Assembly (NCBI RefSeq): GCF_041248615.1 | Contig: NZ_CP158426.1 | Reading direction: 5' to 3' (one strand) | Length of the DNA stretch: 64,000 nt | DNA from: Escherichia coli | GTDB taxonomy: Bacteria; Pseudomonadota; Gammaproteobacteria; Enterobacterales; Enterobacteriaceae | Shown: in pieces, positions 23,096 to 33,719 of the stretch | Layout: every line of letters starts with the position of its first letter | How positions within the stretch are numbered: the stretch's first letter is position 1 | Notes under the pieces: model-generated | What the model saw: only the letters and a program-made list of their open reading frames with translations | What the model was told of the DNA's origin: nothing | Databases searched by the model: none | Program-made: the position numbers and the translations under genes

Positions 23096-24781
23096 ATGTA
23101 CGATTTTAATCTGGTGTTGCTGCTGCTTCAGCAGATGTGCGTTTTTTTAGTCATTGCGTGGTTAATGAGTAAAACGCCATTATTCATACCGTTAATGCAG
23201 GTCACGGTTCGTCTGCCGCATAAATTTCTCTGCTACATCGTCTTTTCCATCTTCTGCATCATGGGCACCTGGTTTGGGCTGCATATTGACGATTCTATTG
23301 CCAATACCCGTGCGATAGGCGCGGTAATGGGCGGCTTACTCGGCGGTCCGGTCGTCGGTGGGCTGGTTGGTCTGACCGGCGGGTTACATCGATATTCGAT
23401 GGGGGGCATGACCGCGCTAAGTTGCATGATCTCGACCATCGTTGAAGGATTGCTCGGCGGCCTGGTACACAGCATCCTGATCCGTCGCGGGCGCACTGAT
23501 AAAGTCTTTAACCCCATTACCGCCGGTGCCGTCACGTTCGTCGCTGAAATGGTGCAAATGTTGATCATCCTGGCGATCGCCCGACCTTATGAAGATGCGG
23601 TGCGTCTGGTGAGTAATATTGCTGCGCCAATGATGGTTACCAATACCGTCGGCGCGGCGCTGTTTATGCGTATATTGCTCGATAAACGCGCGATGTTTGA
23701 AAAATACACTTCGGCTTTTTCTGCCACTGCGCTAAAAGTGGCTGCCTCGACGGAAGGCATTTTGCGCCAGGGGTTTAACGAAGTGAACAGCATGAAAGTG
23801 GCACAGGTGCTGTATCAGGAGCTGGATATTGGTGCAGTCGCGATTACCGATCGAGAGAAATTGCTGGCCTTTACCGGAATTGGTGACGATCACCATTTAC
23901 CCGGCAAACCGATTTCTTCGACTTACACCTTAAAAGCGATTGAAACCGGTGAAGTGGTCTACGCTGATGGCAACGAAGTACCTTATCGTTGCTCTTTGCA
24001 TCCGCAATGCAAACTGGGGTCGACGCTGGTAATTCCGTTGCGTGGTGAAAATCAGCGGGTGATGGGCACCATCAAATTGTATGAAGCCAAAAACCGTTTA
24101 TTCAGTTCAATCAACCGCACGCTGGGCGAGGGGATTGCGCAACTGCTTTCGGCGCAGATCCTCGCCGGGCAATATGAGCGGCAAAAAGCGATGCTCACCC
24201 AGTCAGAGATCAAACTGCTTCACGCCCAGGTGAACCCCCATTTTTTGTTTAATGCGCTTAACACCATTAAAGCGGTGATCCGCCGCGACAGCGAACAGGC
24301 CAGCCAGCTGGTCCAGTATCTTTCCACTTTTTTCCGCAAAAACTTAAAGCGGCCTTCGGAGTTTGTTACTCTCGCAGACGAAATTGAACATGTGAACGCT
24401 TATCTGCAAATTGAAAAGGCGCGCTTCCAGTCGCGGTTGCAGGTCAACATTGCTATTCCGCAAGAATTATCCCAGCAGCAATTGCCCGCGTTTACCCTGC
24501 AACCGATAGTGGAAAACGCCATTAAACATGGGACATCACAACTGCTCGATACAGGGCGAGTGGCAATCAGCGCCCGACGTGAGGGGCAACATTTGATGCT
24601 GGAGATCGAAGACAATGCCGGTTTGTATCAACCGGTAACCAATGCCAGTGGGCTGGGGATGAATCTGGTGGATAAGCGTTTACGTGAACGGTTTGGCGAT
24701 GACTATGGGATAAGCGTCGCCTGTGAGCCTGATAGTTACACCCGAATAACGTTACGACTACCATGGAGGGACGAGGCATGA
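23096..24781 (+). CDS. btsS: LytS-type sensor histidine kinase (pyruvate sensing)
   Basis: start set at [13 protein letters not shown]; 5TM-LytS N-terminus, GAF domain, HisKA_3/HATPase ([12 protein letters not shown]...); 561 aa; overlaps btsR start. Confidence 0.9.
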   Translation: MYDFNLVLLLLQQMCVFLVIAWLMSKTPLFIPLMQVTVRLPHKFLCYIVFSIFCIMGTWFGLHIDDSIANTRAIGAVMGGLLGGPVVGGLVGLTGGLHRYSMGGMTALSCMISTIVEGLLGGLVHSILIRRGRTDKVFNPITAGAVTFVAEMVQMLIILAIARPYEDAVRLVSNIAAPMMVTNTVGAALFMRILLDKRAMFEKYTSAFSATALKVAASTEGILRQGFNEVNSMKVAQVLYQELDIGAVAITDREKLLAFTGIGDDHHLPGKPISSTYTLKAIETGEVVYADGNEVPYRCSLHPQCKLGSTLVIPLRGENQRVMGTIKLYEAKNRLFSSINRTLGEGIAQLLSAQILAGQYERQKAMLTQSEIKLLHAQVNPHFLFNALNTIKAVIRRDSEQASQLVQYLSTFFRKNLKRPSEFVTLADEIEHVNAYLQIEKARFQSRLQVNIAIPQELSQQQLPAFTLQPIVENAIKHGTSQLLDTGRVAISARREGQHLMLEIEDNAGLYQPVTNASGLGMNLVDKRLRERFGDDYGISVACEPDSYTRITLRLPWRDEA

Positions 24782-25497
24782 TTAAAGTCTTAATTGTCGA
24801 TGATGAACCGTTAGCACGGGAGAACCTGCGCGTATTTTTGCAGGAGCAGAGCGATATTGAAATTGTTGGAGAGTGTTCAAACGCCGTGGAAGGGATCGGC
24901 GCGGTGCATAAACTGCGCCCGGATGTGCTGTTTCTTGATATCCAGATGCCGCGCATCAGTGGTCTGGAAATGGTGGGAATGCTCGACCCGGAACATCGTC
25001 CGTATATCGTTTTTCTCACCGCGTTTGACGAATACGCTATTAAAGCCTTTGAAGAACATGCCTTTGATTATCTGCTGAAGCCAATTGACGAAGCGCGACT
25101 GGAGAAAACGCTGGCGCGATTGCGTCTGGAGCGCAGCAAGCAGGATGTTTCGCTGTTACCGGAAAATCAACAGGCGCTGAAATTTATCCCTTGTACGGGG
25201 CATAGTCGGATTTATTTGCTGCAAATGAAAGATGTGGCATTTGTCAGCAGTCGGATGAGCGGTGTCTACGTTACCAGTCACGAAGGGAAAGAGGGCTTTA
25301 CCGAACTGACATTACGTACCCTGGAGAGTCGTACACCACTACTACGCTGCCATCGTCAGTATCTGGTTAACCTCGCGCATTTACAGGAGATTCGTCTGGA
25401 AGATAACGGCCAGGCCGAGTTGATTTTGCGTAATGGCTTAACCGTGCCGGTCAGCCGTCGTTATCTGAAAAGCTTAAAAGAGGCGATTGGCCTGTAA
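24778..25497 (+). CDS. btsR: LytTR-family response regulator
   Basis: receiver domain ([16 protein letters not shown]...) plus C-terminal LytTR DNA-binding domain; 239 aa. Confidence 0.9.
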   Translation: MIKVLIVDDEPLARENLRVFLQEQSDIEIVGECSNAVEGIGAVHKLRPDVLFLDIQMPRISGLEMVGMLDPEHRPYIVFLTAFDEYAIKAFEEHAFDYLLKPIDEARLEKTLARLRLERSKQDVSLLPENQQALKFIPCTGHSRIYLLQMKDVAFVSSRMSGVYVTSHEGKEGFTELTLRTLESRTPLLRCHRQYLVNLAHLQEIRLEDNGQAELILRNGLTVPVSRRYLKSLKEAIGL

Positions 25498-25543
25498 AAG
25501 ACTGCTAAAATGGCTTTTTGCCTCATCAACACCTGAAGGCCTC

Positions 25544-26014
25544 ATGCTAAGTAACGATATTCTGCGCAGCGTGCGCTACATTTTGAAAGCCAATAATAAT
25601 GACCTGGTGCGTATTCTGGCGCTGGGTAATGTCGAAGCCACCGCGGAACAGATCGCCGTCTGGCTACGTAAAGAAGACGAAGAGGGTTTTCAGCGTTGTC
25701 CGGACATTGTTTTGTCTTCCTTCCTCAATGGCCTGATTTATGAAAAACGCGGCAAGGATGAGTCTGCTCCGGCACTGGAGCCGGAACGTCGCATTAATAA
25801 CAACATCGTGCTGAAAAAATTACGCATCGCGTTTTCGCTGAAGACCGATGACATTCTGGCGATCCTCACCGAACAGCAGTTCCGCGTTTCGATGCCGGAA
25901 ATTACGGCGATGATGCGTGCACCGGATCATAAAAACTTCCGCGAATGCGGCGATCAATTTTTACGTTATTTTCTGCGTGGACTGGCAGCGCGCCAGCATG
26001 TGAAGAAAAGCTAA
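25544..26014 (+). CDS. yehS: DUF1456-family protein
   Basis: start set at MLSNDILRSVRYILK giving 156 aa; internal duplication visible (LRSVRYIL... / LRIAFSL...). Confidence 0.8.
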   Translation: MLSNDILRSVRYILKANNNDLVRILALGNVEATAEQIAVWLRKEDEEGFQRCPDIVLSSFLNGLIYEKRGKDESAPALEPERRINNNIVLKKLRIAFSLKTDDILAILTEQQFRVSMPEITAMMRAPDHKNFRECGDQFLRYFLRGLAARQHVKKS

Positions 26015-26020
26015 GACGGG

Positions 26021-26050
26021 TATGGCGGCCATGCAAAAACATGGCCGCCG
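26021..26050. terminator. bidirectional terminator between yehS and yehR
   Basis: hairpin GGCGGCCATG-caaaaa-CATGGCCGCC. Confidence 0.55.
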
Positions 26051-26055
26051 ACAGA

Positions 26056-26517
26056 TTATTTCACTTCTTTAAAACCAGCGGCTTTCATCACCAGTTCCAT
26101 TTGCGCCATAGTGATACCTTTTTTGGCATCTTCAGCAGAAACGTTGATTCCTGAAATACCCTGCAGGGCTTTAAAATCCACTTTTTCCATATCGATAGTC
26201 ACGTTTTCCTGCGCGTAAGTATCGGTATAGGTTAATTTTTCTTCAACACCCGCGATGTTTTTGTATTTGGCGCTTAACGGCTCAAGTGTCTTGGCAGCAT
26301 CTTCTTTGGTGGTTGCACCAATGGAGGCAAATTGAATTTTGGTTTCAGAAGATTGCTTAAGCACCTTGTCACCTTTGTAGACATAGGTAATGGCAATTTC
26401 AGTGCCGTTCAGATTGGCGCTGAATTTCTTCGATTCTTCTTTGTCACCGCAGCCAGCAAGAGAGAAAACCAGAACAGATGCAACCACAAGGGAAAACAGC
26501 TTATTGAAAGCCTTCAT
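26056..26517 (-). CDS. yehR: DUF1307 lipoprotein
   Basis: start set at MKAFNKLFSLVVASVLVFSLAGC (lipobox); 153 aa. Confidence 0.85.
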   Translation of the reverse strand: MKAFNKLFSLVVASVLVFSLAGCGDKEESKKFSANLNGTEIAITYVYKGDKVLKQSSETKIQFASIGATTKEDAAKTLEPLSAKYKNIAGVEEKLTYTDTYAQENVTIDMEKVDFKALQGISGINVSAEDAKKGITMAQMELVMKAAGFKEVK

Positions 26518-26641
26518 GTAAAACTCCATTTTATTTAATCAAGGAACTGGTGACTCTCACCAGGGGCTATATAGGATATGCCTAATACTGTGGCGTGAGC
26601 AGTCCGGAACTGGAGTAGAACTCTTAGTAAAAAGCACTATT

Positions 26642-28642
26642 TCATCCTTGTTGCTGAAGCATGGGGAATAATTGTTCGCAAAGCAAAACACCGTTATTCA
26701 TTGCTTCTACCCGTGCCTCGCTTTCTGTATTACGAAATTGTGCCAACACATGTGCCAGCCGATAAAAACCGACCGCGGTGAGGTCATTCGCCAGCAACTC
26801 TGCCTGACCAATAGCACTCTGTTCCTGATAGCGCCAGCCGTTATGGAGCAGTTGAATAAGTAATGCCTGGCAGCGCATCAGCAACTGATGAGCGGTAGAC
26901 GGCACAGGCAAAACGCTGGCAGAAGGTAGCGGAGCCACAGGCGCAGTTTCTGCGTCCAGCGCCCAGGCGCGGGTTTTTGTCATCATCACCCGTGGTTCCA
27001 GTGTCAATTGCCCCTCTACAAAGCTGACAAAGCCAGAAACCAGACTCACGGGGTCGTCTGTTTGTTGCAACAGAGCTGCCATGCGTTCAACGGCAAAAGG
27101 AGAACAGGCAGATGCTGGAAGGGATAATGTCAGCACATTATCTTCCCCTTCGCCGCTAATGACCTGCGCATCCAGTGTCTGGCGGCTGCTATCCCAACCG
27201 AGCGAAATACACTCCGCTACCGGCAGAATAAATAAGTTATCGACCTGGTTGAGTGGTCGTATGCAGGCGGGGGGACGCTGGCGTAAATATTCCCGCAAAG
27301 CCACAATGCCCGGCTGGCGCAATGGCGCGCTCAACATTTGCCAGGCGTCTGGCGACAGCGGCACAACACTACTCAAGCGGTTGCGGGTAGCTAACAACAG
27401 CTCGCCATCGGCACTGCGTTTTGCTGCTTGTGAAACAATTTGCCCACCTGCCAGTGCGCCAGCCTGAAAACTAAATAGCCGACGTTTTGCCGCGGGAGCG
27501 TTTTCTTGTTCGCTTCTCGGCCAACTACGCGAAAGGTGCAAAATACTGCCGGTGTCGGGATCGGTGAACCAGATGCGTAAACCATACTGCTCAATATCCT
27601 GCCAGCAACGCATACCTAAAGACACCAGCCGCAGATGATCAAGCTTTGCTTCTCCGGCAATGCCAGCGCCAACGACCGTGCGCCACGGCACATGAGGAAC
27701 TTCACCAACACTGTCGCGCCGGGCCATCTCTTGTGCGCAATTTAATCGACTGTTTAATGCCGCAAGCTGACGTAAGCATTCCCCGGCATGATAGTGACTG
27801 GCGCGGGCGTGGAAGGCATCAACGCTGGCGCGCAGTTGCCGTAGCGATTCACTTACCCAGCGCCAGTTGCAGCGTTCCGCCGCTTGCTGCGCGCGGCTGA
27901 AAGCGGCCTCGTAGTGAATAAGCGGCTGGCTGATGCCGCCCAGCCATAATGCCTGGCTTAGTTGCTGAACATATTGACGACACGCGTTGCCCTTTTCGCT
28001 GGCAAACGGATCGTCAGATGATGTGACGTGTTCGCTGCGCATCTGCCAGATTAAATGAGTAAATTCCGCTTGCTGAGTTTTGGCCTCGAGGAAGGCCTGC
28101 ACAGCCAGTACGACATGTTCGCAAAGTGTGCCGTCAATACAATCACAACGGGCGAAACGAATACTGCTGCGGGAATAAAAACGCACATCGCTCATCGGTA
28201 AGCGGGCAGAGGGAATTTCGCCCGGCGTACAGAACAACTCAATGGTGATGCCTTTAGCGACCAGAGCCTGTGCGCGTTTGCGGGTGGCATCGGGAAGGGT
28301 AGCCAGTTCTTCCAGCCAGATTGCCGGATCCCATTCCTCTTCTTTTCCCGTAGGCTGGGCGGTAGCACAAAGTCGTTGATAACTTAACACCAGCATCACG
28401 CGATGACGGCACATGCCGCTGGCCCCGCAGGTGCACTGAGCCTCTTTCAGTGCCTGACCGTTCGCCAGCTGGGTACGGACACCGTCACTGAAGGTGGCGA
28501 TTAAAGCGCCGTTCTCATGGCTGATTTCCGGGACGTTGCCATTTTCCAGTTCCTTAAGGCTGCGCTTAACAAAACCGGCATTGCTTAACGCCGTCAGTGC
28601 CTGTGGTGTCAGTTCTAATAATTCCGGACGTAGTGAATTCAT
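26642..28642 (-). CDS. yehQ: SWIM zinc-finger protein, last gene of the MoxR/vWA operon
   Basis: two CxCx5CxH SWIM motifs (CTCGASGMCRH; CDCIDGTLCEH); start set at MNSLRPELLELT so that the ATG overlaps the yehP stop (ATGA coupling). Confidence 0.75.
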   Translation of the reverse strand: MNSLRPELLELTPQALTALSNAGFVKRSLKELENGNVPEISHENGALIATFSDGVRTQLANGQALKEAQCTCGASGMCRHRVMLVLSYQRLCATAQPTGKEEEWDPAIWLEELATLPDATRKRAQALVAKGITIELFCTPGEIPSARLPMSDVRFYSRSSIRFARCDCIDGTLCEHVVLAVQAFLEAKTQQAEFTHLIWQMRSEHVTSSDDPFASEKGNACRQYVQQLSQALWLGGISQPLIHYEAAFSRAQQAAERCNWRWVSESLRQLRASVDAFHARASHYHAGECLRQLAALNSRLNCAQEMARRDSVGEVPHVPWRTVVGAGIAGEAKLDHLRLVSLGMRCWQDIEQYGLRIWFTDPDTGSILHLSRSWPRSEQENAPAAKRRLFSFQAGALAGGQIVSQAAKRSADGELLLATRNRLSSVVPLSPDAWQMLSAPLRQPGIVALREYLRQRPPACIRPLNQVDNLFILPVAECISLGWDSSRQTLDAQVISGEGEDNVLTLSLPASACSPFAVERMAALLQQTDDPVSLVSGFVSFVEGQLTLEPRVMMTKTRAWALDAETAPVAPLPSASVLPVPSTAHQLLMRCQALLIQLLHNGWRYQEQSAIGQAELLANDLTAVGFYRLAHVLAQFRNTESEARVEAMNNGVLLCEQLFPMLQQQG

Positions 28643-29775
28643 GACTGAAGATTCTCCGCAAGCCATGATGCCAGCTCGCCCGGCGTCATGGCGGCTATTT
28701 GTGCGCCGACATTAACCAGCGCCTGGGCCGTATCGCGGTCATAGCAAGGCGTTGCTGTGCTATCGAGCGCTGCCAGTCCCAGCACTTTGATGCCGCTCTG
28801 GACACACTTTTTCACCTGATGCGTCAGCAATGATGATGAACCCCCTTCGTAAAAATCGCTCACGAGGATAATGACGCTTTTTGCAGGTTGTTCAATAAGT
28901 TGCCGACCATACTCCATGGCACTGGCGATATTGGTTCCGCCGCCTAATTGCACTTTCATTAATAACTCTACCGGATCGGCAACGTCGGCGGTGAGATCGA
29001 CGACGCTGGTGTCAAACGCCACCAGATGGGTACGAATGCCGGGTAACTGCCATAAACAGGCCGCCATCACCGCAGAGTGGATCACCGAGTCAACCATCGA
29101 TCCGCTTTGATCAACCAGTAAGACCAGTTGCCATTGATCGCTATGGCGCTTAATGCGGCTGTTAAAGCGGGGGGATTCGATATACAACTTGCCGTGTTGC
29201 GGATGCCAGTGTTGCAGGTTGGCACGCAGGGTACTTTTGAAATCGAAATTACGCGCCAGTGGAATAAATGAGCGGCGACGGCGATCGCGGACACCAGAAA
29301 AAGCCTGGCGAACGTCCTTTGCCAGTCGAGCCATAATTTCTTCAACAACCTGGCGTACTATCCGGCGGGCGGCAGCCAGTACTTCGGGATTCATCAGATG
29401 TTTGGTGTGCAAAACGGCGCGTAGCAGGCTTTCAGAAGGCTGCATACGTTCCAGCACGTCGAGATTCGTCACCACATCTTCAATGCCGTAGCGCAGTACG
29501 GCATCGCTTTCCAGCCGCTCAATCACCTGTTGCGGAAACAGCGTGTGAATACTGTTGATCCACTCAGGGGTGGTGAGATTTGAGCAACCTAATCCACCGG
29601 AGCGTTCACCACGCTGGAGCCGTTCAGGATCGCGCCCATACAGCCACTCCAGCGCGTGGTCTATCTGCCGGGCATTGTCATCCAGCCCACAAAGGGTCGT
29701 TTCTGCCGCTTCGCCAAGAATTAATCGCCAGCGTTGTAGCTCACGGGTGGTCAGAAGATCGTTCAGTTCAGACAT
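28639..29775 (-). CDS. yehP: von Willebrand factor A (vWA) domain protein with MIDAS motif
   Basis: start set at MSELNDLLTTRELQRW giving 378 aa; MIDAS DxSxS (LVDQSGSM); start overlaps the yehM stop by 8 nt. Confidence 0.85.
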   Translation of the reverse strand: MSELNDLLTTRELQRWRLILGEAAETTLCGLDDNARQIDHALEWLYGRDPERLQRGERSGGLGCSNLTTPEWINSIHTLFPQQVIERLESDAVLRYGIEDVVTNLDVLERMQPSESLLRAVLHTKHLMNPEVLAAARRIVRQVVEEIMARLAKDVRQAFSGVRDRRRRSFIPLARNFDFKSTLRANLQHWHPQHGKLYIESPRFNSRIKRHSDQWQLVLLVDQSGSMVDSVIHSAVMAACLWQLPGIRTHLVAFDTSVVDLTADVADPVELLMKVQLGGGTNIASAMEYGRQLIEQPAKSVIILVSDFYEGGSSSLLTHQVKKCVQSGIKVLGLAALDSTATPCYDRDTAQALVNVGAQIAAMTPGELASWLAENLQS

Positions 29776-32047
29776 GGAAAACTCCCCAGTGTTGCAGCGA
29801 TGCCAGTGCCTGCTGTTCGAGTTGTTGATGATGTGCAATGGCTTGCGGTGGACAATGCAACGGCATTTGCAGCGCTGAAACGGGAAGCTGTGCGAGCTGG
29901 TAATGCTCAAGCACCTGATGCGCCAGCGTCCCGCGTTCTCGTGGTGGTAGCCAGGCCATCGCCGCGCTTAAATCGGGCAGGGCGTTAATAAAATCGTCGT
30001 CACTCAGTTGATTTAAATGACTACTGAAACCGGCGATAAATGCCGGCTGACAGGCTAGTTGATGGCGGGCCAGCGCCAGCAAACCGTGCAGCGCTTCGCC
30101 GGATTGTGCCGGGGATAATTGCGCCAGCATTGTCAGCGCCGCTTCGGCACTGGCGTTGGGATGTTCCAGACGCATTAGTGCGCCAAGAGCCGCGCCGCGA
30201 TCCAGCGCCGGGGCATGAATCGCCTGACTGCGGCGCTCCAGTAAGGCTACCGCCGCAGAAAGCGAAACGCCGGATAAATTAACGCCGCTATGTAGATCGC
30301 GCAGGATATGGCAAAGCGCTTGCCAGCTATGCAGGTGAGCGTGAAACTCCTTTTCATCCGGTCTGCCGTTGGATTCACACAGCCACAGCGTGCGATCGAT
30401 AGCCGCGCATAACGTCGTCTGTAATATCTGCGCACCTTGCATACCGCTAATTTCATCCAGCCGCCATAAGGCATATAGCACTTCCAGCGCCGGGCCCATT
30501 TCGGCAAATTGATTTTCCTGGGCGATTAATAATGTGAGTTGCTCCAGTAATTGTTGACTGAAGGACGCCAGACCCGCTAACGCCGCCTGGCTAAGACATG
30601 TGGTGATGCAGCCGATTCCACCCGCGTCCAGCATATCGGCTTCTAATTTATGGCGTGCGGCTTCCTGGAGTGTTGCACCAAAGCAGGCGGCCTCAATCAA
30701 TGCCGCATGTTGGCTAAGCGGGCGGGTTAATTTCCAGCGTTCTTCACCGTTGCCTGCAAGTGTCAGTGTACTTCCCTGCTGGCGCACAACCCCTGGGATC
30801 TCCAGTATTACCAGCCGATGTAACACCTGACTTTGCGCCAGTCCATTGGAGTTAAAGCGATTTAAGGTAAGCTCCGCCGGAAGAGAGATTGCGGTACGTT
30901 CCAGTTCGCAGGTGACATCTTTTGGCAGAGGCGGTTGTGGCGTAGAAGGGGCAAGTTTACCGAATACGTCACCCGCTAATGTGTCTATCAACGTTAGCAG
31001 AATCGGATCGGTATCGGGATGAATAACGCCGCGATAGCTCCACGGCAACGGCGCATTCAGGGCTTCTTTAATCAGCGATCCTGCTATGGCATCCAGCCAG
31101 TCAGTGCGTAACGGTAGTGTATGACCGCGCAACTGTGCCAGTGCCATCGCATGCAGATGAGCGGCAGCCATATCCGCGGTCGAAGCAGGCAACTTGTGCT
31201 GGCGCAAACGGGTGAGAACCGTTTTTAGCAGTTGTTCTCCCGCCTGCTGTAAGCCCCACTGCCAGCACCAGTTTTGCCAGACCGGGGCAGGCATTCCTGA
31301 AAGGTATCCTGCCAGCACATCAAGGCGCTTTTCACTGTAGGGGGTGAGATAACAACCTGTAACGGCATCATCCAGTAAGAGCAATTCTGGCGTGTTAATT
31401 ACCTGCAGACATTCGCGCCACATTTTTGCCAGTGCCGGAGCGTGCCAGCCACCGCAGACAACTAACACGTCGCCATTATTTTGCTGCATCGCCCATCCAA
31501 TCCAGCGGGCCATAAAGGCTTCGCGCTGACGATTGAGAGCATCTCCGGGGGAGTCGCCCCGCAGTTGGGCAAAATAGTGCGCAAGTGCAGAGGGTAATGC
31601 AGTTTGCTGGCTTTCATCTTCGAACAAGTGATCCCACAGGGTGTCGCTGTTATCCATGCGGGTGGCACGCAGCAGCAAGGTCTGGCTTTCCTCTTGCGTA
31701 TCAGGCGAATCGTCCTCTTCTTCACTCTGCGCCCAGCAAGGCAAATCGATGAAGTAAGTTTGTGCCTGAATACGACGAGCGGCTTGTAGCGCCTGCCACT
31801 CCGGCGAAAATTCAGCAAATGGCGTCCAGGCACCACGCCCGGGGGCCGCACCGTCCTGATACTGGCAATAACTGTAAATAGCTACCGGAAGCTGGTGAGC
31901 TAACAACAGTTCGTCTACCCGGTCATTAAAATCAGCCGGGCCTTCAATCAACACGTATCGTGGCCGCTGGCTTTCGATTAACGATTTCACCAGCCGGGCG
32001 CAGGCCGGACTATGATGCCGGATGCCGACAATTAACGGCTCGCTCAT
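29768..32047 (-). CDS. yehM: uncharacterized 759-aa protein of the MoxR/vWA operon
   Basis: start set at MSEPLIVGIRHHSPACARL; no motif I can assign; 10-nt gap to yehL. Confidence 0.8.
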   Translation of the reverse strand: MSEPLIVGIRHHSPACARLVKSLIESQRPRYVLIEGPADFNDRVDELLLAHQLPVAIYSYCQYQDGAAPGRGAWTPFAEFSPEWQALQAARRIQAQTYFIDLPCWAQSEEEDDSPDTQEESQTLLLRATRMDNSDTLWDHLFEDESQQTALPSALAHYFAQLRGDSPGDALNRQREAFMARWIGWAMQQNNGDVLVVCGGWHAPALAKMWRECLQVINTPELLLLDDAVTGCYLTPYSEKRLDVLAGYLSGMPAPVWQNWCWQWGLQQAGEQLLKTVLTRLRQHKLPASTADMAAAHLHAMALAQLRGHTLPLRTDWLDAIAGSLIKEALNAPLPWSYRGVIHPDTDPILLTLIDTLAGDVFGKLAPSTPQPPLPKDVTCELERTAISLPAELTLNRFNSNGLAQSQVLHRLVILEIPGVVRQQGSTLTLAGNGEERWKLTRPLSQHAALIEAACFGATLQEAARHKLEADMLDAGGIGCITTCLSQAALAGLASFSQQLLEQLTLLIAQENQFAEMGPALEVLYALWRLDEISGMQGAQILQTTLCAAIDRTLWLCESNGRPDEKEFHAHLHSWQALCHILRDLHSGVNLSGVSLSAAVALLERRSQAIHAPALDRGAALGALMRLEHPNASAEAALTMLAQLSPAQSGEALHGLLALARHQLACQPAFIAGFSSHLNQLSDDDFINALPDLSAAMAWLPPRERGTLAHQVLEHYQLAQLPVSALQMPLHCPPQAIAHHQQLEQQALASLQHWGVFHV

Positions 32048-32057
32048 GCATCTTTCC

Positions 32058-33146
32058 TCACGGCAGGCGGTGGCGAGCTTGATAATAAGCCTGCCAGTGA
32101 GCTTCTTTATGTGTGGCGACGCGCTGTTCGAAGTAACGGCGCAGACGCGCGCGATCTTCTTCGTTATCTTTAACGATGGTTCCGGCAATACAGTCCACCA
32201 GGTCGGCAGGCTCCCCCGCGCGATTCGCTAAAAACCAGGCGCGGACGCCCACTGCGTGGGCCACGTTCACGGCTTCAGCGGTGGACATAATTGCCGTCAG
32301 GGTATCCATTGACGTTTTCTTTTCGCCGTTGGCACGCAGATCGCGGAAGGTGCGGACCAGTAACTCCAGTACCGCGTCAGGCACTTTATGCGGAATACCG
32401 CTATGGGCCAGCAAACGCGCCGAAGCACTGGCGACCAGTTCCAGCTCCTGGGCGAAATCCATAATCGGAAAGACGGTTTCAAAATCGAAGCGACGCTTTA
32501 GCGCGGCACTCATCTCATTGACGCCGCGATCGCGGGTATTGGCAGTGGCAATAATATTAAAGCCTTCCCGCGCATAGAGCTGACTGGCTTCACCGGTGAG
32601 TTCCGGCACCGTCATCACCCTGTCAGAAAGCATACCTAACAGACAGTCTTGTACTTCCAGCGGTGTACGTGTTATCTCTTCAAAACGGACGATTTTGCCG
32701 TCGCGCATTCCCTGGTAAAGCGGGGCAGGGACCAGTGCTTCCGTTGACGGACCATGGTTGATAAGCAGGGCGTAGTTCCAGCCGTACTTGATTTGATCTT
32801 CAGTAGTAGATGCGCCGCCCTGGATGGTTAACCCGGCATCGCCGCTAATAGCGGTTGCCAGTAATTCAGACAGGAGAGATTTTGCGGTGCCAGGTTCCCC
32901 CACCAACATCAAACCGCGCCCGGTGGCAAGAGTGACTAACATACGTTCGACAGCGGAGGGACTAATCACCACTTTACGGCTAATATTTTGCGCTCTATCG
33001 CCAAGGATAAAAGCACGGGCCGCAGGCAAACTTAACTGCCAACCGGGCGGGCAAGGTGCGTTATCATTTTGTTTTAATTTTGCCAGTTCATCGGCGTATA
33101 ACACAGCAGCAGGCGGACGCTGCAGATGATTATTCTGCGGTGACAT
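32058..33146 (-). CDS. yehL: MoxR-type AAA+ ATPase
   Basis: start set at MSPQNNHLQRPP giving 362 aa; Walker A LVGEPGTAKS; AAA+ sensor regions. Confidence 0.85.
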   Translation of the reverse strand: MSPQNNHLQRPPAAVLYADELAKLKQNDNAPCPPGWQLSLPAARAFILGDRAQNISRKVVISPSAVERMLVTLATGRGLMLVGEPGTAKSLLSELLATAISGDAGLTIQGGASTTEDQIKYGWNYALLINHGPSTEALVPAPLYQGMRDGKIVRFEEITRTPLEVQDCLLGMLSDRVMTVPELTGEASQLYAREGFNIIATANTRDRGVNEMSAALKRRFDFETVFPIMDFAQELELVASASARLLAHSGIPHKVPDAVLELLVRTFRDLRANGEKKTSMDTLTAIMSTAEAVNVAHAVGVRAWFLANRAGEPADLVDCIAGTIVKDNEEDRARLRRYFEQRVATHKEAHWQAYYQARHRLP

Positions 33147-33576
33147 ATATTCATCCCTGAAATGTATTAATGAAATAAACGATATTTTACGCGCAATAAA
33201 TGTTTGGCGCATTAGTTGTTTGAGCGAAAAATATCTGGAAAGCAGATCACAGTAAATAAAAAAACCTGCTGGTGAGGCAGGTTCTTTTATTTACTACAGT
33301 GACGCTAACTTGCTGATTGTGCAACATTTCGTACCAACGAATAAATTATAACCATATCCACACTCCATTGCAATTCAGTGAATGAGATTTATAATCCTGC
33401 CCGTTGGGAGGTTGTGCCGGATCGGACCAATTTTAAGTCCTGGCTGCTGGACGGGTGGTGCCGCAGGCGGTGCCCTGATCCGGAGAGCAACGTTTCGTAC
33501 CAACATACGTAAACCAGTATCGACAGGCAGTGTAAGGGTAAGGTGCTGGTGTTGCGCTCCTTAATAAGGAGAGCGG

Positions 33577-33666
33577 ATGGACACGCTGACACAAAAGTTA
33601 ACCGTGCTCATTGCTGTACTGGAGCTATTAGTGGCTCTGTTACGGTTGATTGATTTGTTGAAGTAA
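33577..33666 (+). CDS. candidate 29-aa hydrophobic peptide (type I toxin-like, DinQ-like composition); unannotated
   Basis: ATG with AAGGAG Shine-Dalgarno 5 nt upstream; translation MDTLTQKLTVLIAVLELLVALLRLIDLLK; SD lies in a CTCCT/AGGAG hairpin; terminator-like hairpin follows; below the ORF-track cutoff. Confidence 0.4.
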   Translation: MDTLTQKLTVLIAVLELLVALLRLIDLLK

Positions 33667-33687
33667 CGGGCAAATTGAAACGCATCT

Positions 33688-33719
33688 AAGGGGGAATACC
33701 GTTTCCCCCTTTAATAAAG
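33688..33719. terminator. hairpin terminator shared by the small ORF (+) and yehK (-)
   Basis: AAGGGGGAA-taccgtt-TCCCCCTT followed by TAATAAA. Confidence 0.5.
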
